Shown: positions 1 to 7,999, counted from the first letter of the stretch. The stretch: 12,034 bases of DNA from Candidatus Hadarchaeota archaeon (GCA_964452145.1 CAYVLA010000100.1:1-12034), one strand, 5' to 3'. The notes: generated from the sequence alone by a model not told the origin. Numbers and translations: made by a program.

Positions 1-17
1 GCTAAATACGTGCCTTC

Positions 18-869
18 ATGACCCGGCCGGTGGAGAGAGAAGAAGTAGAGAAGATGCTCAAATGCCGGGACTACACCCAGGGGCACACAACCTACGAATG
101 CCCCCAGTGCGGGCACACCACAATCATACCCTTCACCTGTAAGAGCCGCCTATGCACCGTGTGTGGGAAGAAACACACCGATGTATGGGCGGACAAGGTC
201 AGCAAAGAACTACTGGAAGTCACCCACAGACACATGGTCTTCACCATGCCGGACAAGCTATGGCCCTACATGGAGCAGCACAGACACCTGCTCAAAGACG
301 TGATGGACACCGTTAAGACAACCCTGGAGGCCGTCGTGAACCACAGGTGGAAAACCCTCCAGGTAACGCCAGGGATAATCACGGTCCTCTACGCCTATGG
401 CAAGGACCTCAAGTTCAACCCCCACATCCACGCCATAGTGACAGAGGGAGGACTCAGAGAAAAAGAGAGGGATCCCTACAACAGGGATAGATGGGTGGAT
501 GTCAGCTTCTTCCCCTACGAGAAGCTTAGAAAGGTGTGGCAGTACCAGCTACTTACAAAGATCAGGGAGAAGCTCCCCTACCACAAGGAGCTCCACAGAC
601 TCACAGACCAGCTCTACCGGGAGAAGGAGAACGGGTTCTACGTCTATGCCAAGAGACGGATTCAGGGAAAACAGAAGGAGTTCATCTGTAGATACGTGGC
701 AAGATACGTCCGGCACCCAGCCATAGCTGAAACCCGCATAGACAGCTACGATCCGGACACCAGGATGGTGGAGTTCTGGTATAGACACGACGATGACACA
801 GAGATAGTGAGCATGCATGTCTACGAGTTCATAGGCAAGCTCGTATCACACATACCGCCCAGGCAGTGA
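18..869 (+). mobile_element. IS91-family (Y2/HUH rolling-circle) transposase, C-terminally truncated, probably a pseudogene
   Basis: Zn-binding N-domain (KMLKC...CPQC...FTCKSRLCTVCG), HRHMVFTMP, HUH motif FNPHIHAIVTEGG and Y2 motif RYVARYVRHPAI. The ORF stops at HIPPRQ*, before the F..VRYYG segment that usually follows. The true start may lie upstream of the window. Confidence 0.9.
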
Positions 870-2139
870 CCAGGCCGATGTCAACATAAGGACAGCCTTA
901 TCCACAACCATCGAGTTCCGGAAGAGCAGCATAGATCTTGCCCGGACGAATCTCTTGGAGTCAAGGGTGACCCTGAGGTGCCATTGTCGGGGCGGGATGA
1001 GCTCGATAAACTCCAACCTGCAGACGGTAGCCTACGACAAGTTTGCCCAGACCGGTGTGAAGCTGGCCAAGCTGAGCCAGCCGGACCCAGACTTCGTCTC
1101 GATCCCCAGGGACCAGAAACCGGCCAAATCCGTTGTCGGCATGTTTGACAGGAAGGTTGTATCGCTGGGTGTCGACGAGCTGGTCCAGTACGCCATCGAC
1201 GCCATAGATACGGCTTCCCTCTCCCCGGACCATGTCATCGAAGGGGGGATAAACCATTCCGTCTCGGGACTCTTCTATATGTCCTGCTTTGGGGCACAGT
1301 TCACAGATAGGTACACCTCCGTATCGGGCGGCGTTGGCGCCAGGGTTGAGCGATCGGGTGATGTGGCAACCTACTACGAGTTTGATGTTGATAGAAGGCT
1401 GAAGGATTTCGACATCGTATCCGCTGCCCGGAAGGCTGGGGAAAGGGTCCAGGATTACCTGGGCTCAAGGAAGGTGAAAACGGCCGATCTGCCCGTTATC
1501 CTCGATCCTAGATCAGCCTACGGTACCCTGCCGGGGATACTGGTGATGGGGGCCATTGCGGAGGGTGTTCAGAGGAATCGATCATACTTCTGCGACAAGT
1601 TAGGGCAGCAGGTGGCTGTTGAGGAGATAACCATGACGGACGATGCCCGGATACCGTGGGGGCTGGGATCCAGTCCCTGTGACGGTGAAGGCACTCCTCA
1701 CAAGCGCCTCACGGTGGTCGACAAGGGGGTTCTGAGATCGTATTTGCACAACTCGTATACGGCAAACAAGGCAGGGGTCGAGACCACTGGACACGCCGCC
1801 CTGGGATATGCGAGGGGCATCTCCCCCACCAACATAGAGGTTGAGAAAGGCGACTGGGCGTTGGGGGAGATGATAAGAGACTGTGGCGAGGGTATATATG
1901 TGGAGCTAGGGGGATTCTTCGCGGACCCCGTCACAGGCGACTCGTCGACCACCTTGGACTTCGCTTTCAAGATAGAGAAGGGTGAGTTGGCCTATCCTGT
2001 CAAGAACACGATGATAGGGATAAACGTTCTGGAAGGGCTCAGAAACATTGACGCCGTCTCCAAAGAGACTAGGGAGGAGCCCGGGAGAAGCGTCCCGGGC
2101 ATAAGGATATCCAAAGCCAAGATTTCTGGCGGGGCCTAG
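868..2139 (+). CDS. pmbA: TldD/PmbA family protein (PmbA/TldE type), apparently missing its extreme N-terminus
   Basis: Motifs LPVILDP, DKLGQQVA..ITMTDD, SSPCDGEG, VVDKGVLRSYLHNSYTA, TTGHA, DPVTGDSS and FKIEKGELAYPVK; no HExxH, so PmbA-like rather than TldD-like. The frame stays open upstream of the called TTG at 955 and reads DQADVNIRTALSTTIEFRKSSID from 868. An in-frame TAG lies at 832-834 with no start codon between it and 955. Confidence 0.85.
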   Translation, partial: DQADVNIRTALSTTIEFRKSSIDLARTNLLESRVTLRCHCRGGMSSINSNLQTVAYDKFAQTGVKLAKLSQPDPDFVSIPRDQKPAKSVVGMFDRKVVSLGVDELVQYAIDAIDTASLSPDHVIEGGINHSVSGLFYMSCFGAQFTDRYTSVSGGVGARVERSGDVATYYEFDVDRRLKDFDIVSAARKAGERVQDYLGSRKVKTADLPVILDPRSAYGTLPGILVMGAIAEGVQRNRSYFCDKLGQQVAVEEITMTDDARIPWGLGSSPCDGEGTPHKRLTVVDKGVLRSYLHNSYTANKAGVETTGHAALGYARGISPTNIEVEKGDWALGEMIRDCGEGIYVELGGFFADPVTGDSSTTLDFAFKIEKGELAYPVKNTMIGINVLEGLRNIDAVSKETREEPGRSVPGIRISKAKISGGA

Positions 2140-2350
2140 AAAGGGTTGTGGTCTTTCCCGACCGGTATGCACCGCGTGGATGCTCACCTTTTTCGGTTCT
2201 TGATCCACAATAGGCTGCGAATCTGCATAGACTGTCGTCATAGTCGCTTTTACGCAGAATTCTAGCGAGATGATGGCTCCGCCTCTTGTGCGGACTGAGA
2301 GCTGTCTCATTATCGACTCAATGAGTCCATAGTCCTTCTCGTCGAGCCAG

Positions 2351-3289
2351 GAATCCCTCCTCGAACCCTTCACGCGTAGCGATCCCATCTCGCCGCTGCG
2401 CTGGACATGCAAAACCACAAGAACCCTTGCAGAAGAACTACGCAGCCAGATGCACGAGATCAGCCACACCGAGGTCTGCCGTCTGCTGCACGATATGGGA
2501 TACACCCTCCAAGCCAACAAGAAGACCAAAGAGGGCCCCAGCCACCCGGACAGGAACGCACAGTCTGAGTACATAAACGATTCGGCCAAATAAGAGCTGG
2601 CCGCGGGGCAGCCGGTGATATCGGTAGAATCGAAGAAGAATGAACTGGTTGGTGATTTCAAGAACCCGGGACGCGAATGGCGTCCCAAGGGACAGCCGAG
2701 GGAAGTGAACCTCCACGATTTCGCTACAATAGAGCTCGGCAAGGTTTCCCCCCCATGGAATATACGTGCTGAACCGCAACAAGGGATGGGTTACCGTTGG
2801 GATAGATCACGACACCGCAGAGTTCGCCGTGACAAGCATCACCTAGTGGTGGCAGAGAAAAGGATCCAAGGCATATCCGGATGCTAGAAAGCTAACGATC
2901 ACGGCCGACAGCGGTGGAAGCAACGGCTACAGGAACAGGGTGTGGAAGTACGAGTTGCAGGAGTTCGCGAACAGAACCGGTCTGGTGGTGCAGGTCCGCC
3001 ACTCCCCACTGGGAACGAGCAAATGGAACAAGATGGAGCACCAGTTGTTTTCGTTTGTCAGCATGAACTGGCGGGGAAGACCGCTCCTCAGCCATGCAAC
3101 GATCGTCAACCTGATCGCGTCCACCCGAACGAAAACTGGGCTGGAGGTCGACTGCGTCCTGGACACCAACAGATACCCAACCGGCAAGAAAGTCTCCGAC
3201 CAGGATTTCGACAAGATCAACCTAAAACCCGACGAGTTCCACGGCGAATGGAACTATACACAATCTCGCCACAGAAGGCAGAAACCTAA
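2351..3289 (+). pseudogene. ISAzo13-family (Rhodopirellula-type DDE) transposase pseudogene, 5' part missing
   Basis: Reconstructed across frames: ESLLEPFTRSDPISPLRWTCKTTRTLAEEL..MGYTLQANKKTKEGPSHPDRNAQ..GQPVISVESKKNELVGDFKNPGREW..HDF..GKVSP/HGIY..GWVTVGIDHDTAEFAV..LTITADSGGSNGYR..WKYELQ..GTSKWNKMEHQLFSFVSMNWRGRPL..FHGEWNYT/ISP. Lesions: TAA 2591-2593, +1 shift in the C7 run 2748-2754, TAG 2844-2846, extra CA near 3260. Confidence 0.92.
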
Positions 3290-3319
3290 TGACTTGACTT
3301 ATTTCATTACACGCCCTAA
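3290..3319 (+). mobile_element. Probable right end of the ISAzo13-family element
   Basis: A short segment (..ACTTATTTCATTACACGCCCTAA) lies between the transposase stop and the exact point where ilvC similarity begins on the minus strand. No matching left end is visible in the window. Confidence 0.55.
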
Positions 3320-3429
3320 CCGAGAACAGCAACGACCTCGTCTTTCAGGACCTTGAGAGCTTTGGACAAGGGGAACTCTCTCTTAGAGACAACCTCTTCT
3401 CTCACTCCACCAGAATCAAAGACTGCCAT
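3316..3429 (-). pseudogene. ilvC: N-terminal 37-aa remnant of ketol-acid reductoisomerase (Bacteroidetes/yeast Ilv5-like form)
   Basis: Manual translation MAVFDSGGVREEVVSKREFPLSKALKVLKDEVVAVLG* matches the recalled KARI N-terminus pattern (N/D)FGGV.E.VV.R.EFPL.KA..VLK.E.IAV(I/L)GYG.QG. It breaks within the Rossmann GYG motif (GGT TAG). A purine-rich GAGTGAAGGA precedes the ATG. Confidence 0.85.
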
Positions 3430-3464
3430 GATCCTTCACTCATCCGGCCATCCGCGTGTCCCGC

Positions 3465-3478
3465 TCATAAGGTTTTTT
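3465..3478 (-). promoter_or_regulatory. Possible archaeal BRE/TATA element for ilvC
   Basis: The minus strand reads AAAAAACCTTATGA, ending about 35 nt before the ATG at 3429; it is the most AT-rich patch in a GC-rich spacer. Confidence 0.35.
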
Positions 3479-3713
3479 GGGGAAGCCACCCTGGACATGT
3501 CTGGGTGGGCCTCGAACAGTCTGTGGAAGCTGTGGAGCGCTATCGGATTGTTGCTGATAATGGCGAGCGGAAACCTATAGCGATGTCCTGAGGCATCGTC
3601 ATGAGGGAATAAGGCTTAAGCGGCAATCTTCGAGTTGTGTGCCAAGCGATGCAAGAGCGCAGGCTACGCCCGAAGGCTTGGAGCCAGCACAAGGAGGCCG
3701 AAGCTCTGGATAT

Positions 3714-4439
3714 TTAGTGCAGGAGTTCGGAAAAGAACATCCTCGTCTGCTCCGCATACTGCAGAGGCTTCCTAGGACGGATCTCCAGAACCCAGGCGCC
3801 ATCGAAACGTATCTTTTCCAGACTATCGAAGAGATACCGCCAATCCTCGACGGGGATGATCCCACTCCCAGGGACGTAGTGATCGGTGCTGCCGAGCGTA
3901 TCCTGAATGTGTAGGTGACATATGTCCTGCTTCAGTGAATCGAGGCAAGCCTTCATTGGTTCGGGGTGGTGGTACACGTGACCTGTGTCCAGACAAATCC
4001 TCAGTCCTTGGAGGTTCTCGAGCGCTCTCACGAGCACAGGAAGGGGGCCATTCTCCAACGCCACGGTAACGCCCCTGTCATGAGCCAGATCGACGACTTT
4101 CTGGGCGAATCCGAAGTCAGGCTCTTCTCCGCCCAGCTTCATATGATCGATGTGCACCACGATGACATCGCTCTCGGTATCGGCTGCAGTATCGATCTGA
4201 AGCAGATGGCGCTCCAGGGTATCCGGTCCGCCGCCATGCAAGCTTGAAGGCATGTCGGCTGTGAGCATCTTCAGCCTCTTCCTGTTGATCGAGTCATACA
4301 GGTTCTCCTCATCGAACCATCTGGGAAACAGCTCCACGCCGTAACCAGCGTCCCGTATGCCGCTGACCACCTTCTCCAGGCTTCCTGGTTGATGGTAGAA
4401 AAGGTAGTCCCACAGGCTTATTCGATAGTGGATCTCCAC
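3714..4439 (-). CDS. Sugar phosphate isomerase/epimerase (xylose-isomerase-like TIM barrel, AP endonuclease 2 family)
   Basis: Metal-ligand motifs VALENG, ICLDTGH, HLHIQD, DHYVPGSG and WVLEI. The start is reassigned to GTG 4439 because the ORF-track extension to 4514 crosses tandem repeats and a TATA-like box. Confidence 0.88.
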   Translation of the reverse strand: MEIHYRISLWDYLFYHQPGSLEKVVSGIRDAGYGVELFPRWFDEENLYDSINRKRLKMLTADMPSSLHGGGPDTLERHLLQIDTAADTESDVIVVHIDHMKLGGEEPDFGFAQKVVDLAHDRGVTVALENGPLPVLVRALENLQGLRICLDTGHVYHHPEPMKACLDSLKQDICHLHIQDTLGSTDHYVPGSGIIPVEDWRYLFDSLEKIRFDGAWVLEIRPRKPLQYAEQTRMFFSELLH

Positions 4440-4462
4440 GATTTCAGCCCAAAGCGAGCATC

Positions 4463-4473
4463 TCTTTAATGTT
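4463..4473 (-). promoter_or_regulatory. Possible TATA-like element for the isomerase gene
   Basis: The minus strand reads AACATTAAAGA about 25-35 nt upstream of GTG 4439, a spacing typical of leaderless archaeal transcripts. Confidence 0.35.
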
Positions 4474-4475
4474 GT

Positions 4476-4504
4476 CCAAGGCCAAGGCACCAAGGCACCA
4501 AGGC
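4476..4504. repeat. Short tandem repeat of CCAAGGC, four copies
   Basis: CCAAGGC starts at 4476, 4482, 4490 and 4498; the last three copies have an 8-bp period. Confidence 0.85.
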
Positions 4505-4669
4505 GAGGTATCACGGCGTGGCACGCCTGATTCTACAGCCGCCTCGCTGCGAGGGGTGAACTGTTAGGCTCTCTGTTAGGGTTTCGGGGTCACAGATCCA
4601 ATTCCACCAAAGTCCACCAAGGGCGTGAGTGTCTGGAAAGTTCGTCTCGGATTTTGTTGATATCGATGG

Positions 4670-4677
4670 TTTTAAGA
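4670..4677 (+). promoter_or_regulatory. Possible TATA-like element for the plus-strand gene run
   Basis: TTTTAAGA lies about 25-32 nt upstream of the in-frame GTG at 4702. Confidence 0.4.
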
Positions 4678-4701
4678 GAGCCAACGAATAGAAAGAAACC
4701 C

Positions 4702-5238
4702 GTGTTCCGGGTGGAATCGCGCAACATCCGGCGCGTACTTCAACGCCGAGTTAGAAAAGGGATCAGCAAGCTAAGAGGGCTGGAGATCGGGGACGAGCTA
4801 GGGGTCGAGATTCTATCTCGCTTGGTCGACGGCAGATGGACTGCGTCCGAGATCGTTGAACTGGTCTACGGCCTCGGCAACGGCGAAGAGGGCTACAAGT
4901 CGTGCCATGGTAAGATCAGCAGGGAACTCAGGAAGCTTGAATCCAAGGGACTGGTCTCAAGGTCGCCTTTCGGGAGGGAGAAGCCCTACCGGCTCACAGA
5001 GCTGGCCGTCATCAACCTTGCAAGGATCGGTGGGGAGCACGACCAGCTTCCCGTGATCCCGCGCATAGATCTCGCTGCCTACTCAGTGACTGGGGCGTTG
5101 TCCGTTCTTGAAGCCTCGCAGGCCATGGGCTGGCTCCATCTATCCGAGTCAGGCACCATCGGCCTCCTGGTGGCTCTGTCATTCTGCCTGGGCATCTCCT
5201 TCGTCGAGGTGTTGAGGACGATCAGGAGGGTGTTCTAG
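4702..5238 (+). CDS. Winged helix-turn-helix (ArsR-like) protein with two C-terminal hydrophobic segments
   Basis: wHTH pattern VEILSRLVDGRWTASEIVELVY...KISRELRKLESKGLV..REKPYRLT, followed by LAAYSVTGALSVL..AMGWL and TIGLLVALSFCLGISFVEVL-RTIRR. The start is uncertain (4654, 4702 or 4711). Confidence 0.75.
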   Translation: MFRVESRNIRRVLQRRVRKGISKLRGLEIGDELGVEILSRLVDGRWTASEIVELVYGLGNGEEGYKSCHGKISRELRKLESKGLVSRSPFGREKPYRLTELAVINLARIGGEHDQLPVIPRIDLAAYSVTGALSVLEASQAMGWLHLSESGTIGLLVALSFCLGISFVEVLRTIRRVF

Positions 5239-5304
5239 TTGGTTGCGGCCCGGAGCGACGTGGAGAGGGAGAGGGATAAGGACCCGCATAGGTTGGTGTT
5301 GAGC

Positions 5305-6945
5305 ATGAGGACAAAGGTGTCTATCGGAGGACTGTGCTTCCTTCTGGTTGTGGGATTGACTATGTATGGGAATCTGCCGCAGGCCACGGAGGCCTTTCGG
5401 AGCGTGGCAGCGCAAGGTGAGCCTCCGGGGCAGAACGAAGGCGACCCGGCACCAGGCGGATTTGCACAATCTGCACAGTATCCGTTTCAGTACATATGGA
5501 GGAGCGAGGCCAAGTACCCCTTACACACCGTGTATTTCGGATATGCTGACGGGGACCCCACCGTAGCGGACCTGAACCAAGATGGCTACCCAGATGTGGT
5601 GATTGCAAAGGGATCCCAAACCAAGGATCTTTGTTATGTCTCAGCCATTTCTGGAAAGGATGGAAAACGGCTCTGGGAGTTCGGCCCGATTGGCGGGAAC
5701 GAGATGGGAGCCGTCATGATAGACGACGTGACCGGGGACGGACTCCTGGAGGTCATCTTCGCAGACGACAAGGGCACCCTCTACTGCCTGAGTGGGCCCT
5801 TCGGGTCAGTGTTGTGGAGCAAGGAGGGGTACAGGCTGAGGCAATCAGTCGCCCTCTTCGACGTGAACAAGGACGGTCGGAAAGACATCATAATCGCCGC
5901 AAGGGACCCGACGGGACCTACCAAGAACGTGACGGCGCTCGATGGGCTAGCGGGAGAGGTGATATGGGCATCCCCGGCTCTGAGTTGGTACAAGTACTCC
6001 CCAAAGATCTGTGACATCGACGGCGACGGAGATTTCGAGGTCGTGACCTGGGATGGGGAGGCACCTACGATGATATATGTGATGAACGCTGCGGACGGCA
6101 CCCTGAAGTGGATCATGACAGCGCTTCCGGGGGGACCTCAAATGCAGGGCGATGGTCTGATCGTCGACATTAACTCGGACGGGGTCTTGGACTTCATCAG
6201 TATCGCTGCGAACGCGACGGGCTCGTGGGCATATGCCTACACACCGGATCTTGAGGCCTTGGCCAAGGACAAGACGGCTCCAGTAAGGTATCTCTGGGTA
6301 AGACCAGGCGCCGATACGGCGGGGGGCAACAATGAAATGGCCATGGGAGATCTCAACGGAGATGGAGTCTATGAGTTTGTGCACGTCCAGGAGGTCGTCC
6401 CAGGGGCGATGTACAATATCCTCTGCCGACGCCTGACAGATGGAGAGGTCCTCTGGAATGCGACAGCGCCTGGGATGTACCCCAAGCACTCAAATTTCGC
6501 CTTGGCCGATTGCGACAACGACGGATTGCCTGACGTTGTCATAACCTCAGGGTACAAATCGGTGGCGCCCACCCTCAATGTTTTTCGCGGCACTGATGGC
6601 AGCCTGCTTTTTTCCGCGCCAATTAGCAGTATGTCAGGCCCCGCAGTAGCGGATGTTAACAATGATGGGTTACTGGACATCATTGTCAGCGGCGTGGCCA
6701 TGATCGGGACGGCCCCTGATGACTGGTCCTACGTCTGGGCCCTTCCAACGACTACCAAGTGTGACAAGGGCGAGATCGTCTGGGGCATGCATCTTCGCGA
6801 CCACGTGAACAGCGGCGTGCTGCCTATCCCAGAAGGCGCAGCAGTTCTGATGGCCATGCTGGTGCTCGGGATCTCTGTCAAGCGGCGAGCAATCTTCCGT
6901 AGACCAGGACAACCGTACCGGATTCGGAGCGCTTCCACCCGTTAG
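5305..6945 (+). CDS. Secreted FG-GAP/VCBS-type beta-propeller protein with a C-terminal sorting/anchor signal
   Basis: Signal-peptide-like MRTKVSIGGLCFLLVVGLTMYG from ATG 5305. Eight Ca-binding DxxxDG repeats: DLNQDGYPD, DVTGDGLLE, DVNKDGRKD, DIDGDGDFE, DINSDGVLD, DLNGDGVYE, DCDNDGLPD, DVNNDGLLD. PQQ-like GxxxW turns and a PIPEG-hydrophobic-KRR tail. Confidence 0.88.
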   Translation: MRTKVSIGGLCFLLVVGLTMYGNLPQATEAFRSVAAQGEPPGQNEGDPAPGGFAQSAQYPFQYIWRSEAKYPLHTVYFGYADGDPTVADLNQDGYPDVVIAKGSQTKDLCYVSAISGKDGKRLWEFGPIGGNEMGAVMIDDVTGDGLLEVIFADDKGTLYCLSGPFGSVLWSKEGYRLRQSVALFDVNKDGRKDIIIAARDPTGPTKNVTALDGLAGEVIWASPALSWYKYSPKICDIDGDGDFEVVTWDGEAPTMIYVMNAADGTLKWIMTALPGGPQMQGDGLIVDINSDGVLDFISIAANATGSWAYAYTPDLEALAKDKTAPVRYLWVRPGADTAGGNNEMAMGDLNGDGVYEFVHVQEVVPGAMYNILCRRLTDGEVLWNATAPGMYPKHSNFALADCDNDGLPDVVITSGYKSVAPTLNVFRGTDGSLLFSAPISSMSGPAVADVNNDGLLDIIVSGVAMIGTAPDDWSYVWALPTTTKCDKGEIVWGMHLRDHVNSGVLPIPEGAAVLMAMLVLGISVKRRAIFRRPGQPYRIRSASTR

Positions 6946-6991
6946 GCAAAGGTAGAGATGTGACAGATCGACCGAAAAGGGGGCCGGGAGC

Positions 6992-7999
6992 ATGCCGGAT
7001 CTGAACAATGTCGTTGGGCTCTTGTTGGCTCTCTTCATGATGTCGGCCGACTGTGTTCTAGGGTCAGGCGAGGTTAAGGCAACGATACTGGTCTACGCCG
7101 GAAAGTTACCCAACTTCCGGGACGCCATAGTAGAAGAGCTACGAAAGGACACAAGGATAACCGAAGAAGTAGTCCCCGTCGACTCCGCCGAACTCCTCCG
7201 AACCGCTCTCCGTCTGCCGAACACCAAGGCCGTGGTCATGGCTGGAGGAGACATACCCACGTTCATGGCCCTCGAGAGCTCGATAATCCAGTTCTTCAAC
7301 GAGGGAGGCGGCCTGGTCGCCTTCCACGACTTCGGCCACACGGCGTTGGCCGGGACAATGGCTGAGACGGTCTTCCCATTGATGGCGAACTCAACCAAGA
7401 TGGGGAGGATGAAGGAAGGAAGGATGCAGCATGAACTGGTCCGCCAAGATGTGATGGAGATAAACCGGGAGACCCCGCCCAGTCTTGTCTTATTTGATCA
7501 CGAGATAAACCTTGCCTGGAACACTGTGAACGGATCTTGTGCCTACCGTCCTCCTCCGGAAGGGGAGCATTGGACCCTGTACAGAGACTCCGAGTACGGA
7601 GCGCCCATCGTTGTAGCATACAAGAAGGAGGGATTGTCGGTCATCTTTGCCAACGGTGATGTGTCTGACTCGGCTGATGACAGGTTCAGGTATTTCGGCA
7701 ACTTCTTCTTCAGCGATGACTTCCTAGCCCTGTTCCTCAACAGCGTCGTCTGGGTGAAGAATGGCGAGACGCGAACGGAAGCCCTTGAGCCGAGACTCGC
7801 AGCCATGGAAGCGGAGGAAAAGGAAGTTCAAGACTTTCTGCTGAGGACTGATCGCATAGAAAGAGCGAGGAGGGCAAGAGCCCTAGCTCTCAGGATCATT
7901 CTTACCCTAGCAGGGCTGGTCGGGATAGTGCTGAGTTACCTCTTCCTGATAAGGCATCCCGGCGAAGAGGGCATGGCAGGGGGCCGCAGCCGAGAATGA
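6992..7999 (+). CDS. Secreted ThuA-like (class I glutamine amidotransferase-like fold) protein with helical stalk and C-terminal TM anchor
   Basis: Hydrophobic N-terminus; ThuA-like segments IIQFFNEGGGLVAFH, GAPIVVAY and FLALFLNSVVWV; charged helical stretch RLAAMEAEEKEVQDFLLR; TM IILTLAGLVGIVLSYLFLI. Confidence 0.65.
   Translation: MPDLNNVVGLLLALFMMSADCVLGSGEVKATILVYAGKLPNFRDAIVEELRKDTRITEEVVPVDSAELLRTALRLPNTKAVVMAGGDIPTFMALESSIIQFFNEGGGLVAFHDFGHTALAGTMAETVFPLMANSTKMGRMKEGRMQHELVRQDVMEINRETPPSLVLFDHEINLAWNTVNGSCAYRPPPEGEHWTLYRDSEYGAPIVVAYKKEGLSVIFANGDVSDSADDRFRYFGNFFFSDDFLALFLNSVVWVKNGETRTEALEPRLAAMEAEEKEVQDFLLRTDRIERARRARALALRIILTLAGLVGIVLSYLFLIRHPGEEGMAGGRSRE

Noticed and set aside
867..869. 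Selenocysteine or readthrough of the transposase TGA
   Set aside because: Downstream sequence is PmbA-like in a different frame, with no transposase continuation.
2138..2160. Intrinsic terminator after pmbA (GAAAG...CTTTC)
   Set aside because: The stem is weak and has no following U-tract.
1906..2742. 278-aa minus-strand ORF
   Set aside because: It lies antisense to the ISAzo13 relic and the pmbA 3' end and spans a rearrangement junction; at most its middle portion (2140-2350) could be a relic.
2748..2846. Programmed frameshift at the C7 run or pyrrolysine readthrough of TAG 2844
   Set aside because: A TAA stop, a second frameshift, motif substitutions and 5' truncation co-occur, so decay is the simpler explanation.
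2615..3356. ORFs 2615-2887, 2940-3356 and 2942-3289 as separate genes
   Set aside because: They are frame fragments of one ISAzo13 transposase pseudogene.
3436..3616. Minus-strand open frame of about 60 codons upstream of ilvC, and plus-strand ORF 3353-3580
   Set aside because: The minus frame follows a TAA with no early start codon and has no recognisable motif; the plus ORF is antisense to the ilvC remnant and its putative promoter.
4476..4620. CRISPR array, tRNA or known ncRNA
   Set aside because: Repeat units are 7-8 bp with no spacers, and no cloverleaf or T-loop motif is visible.
5239..5304. TTG start at 5239 for the FG-GAP protein
   Set aside because: It would add a charged 22-aa leader before the signal peptide; ATG 5305 with upstream GGTG fits better.
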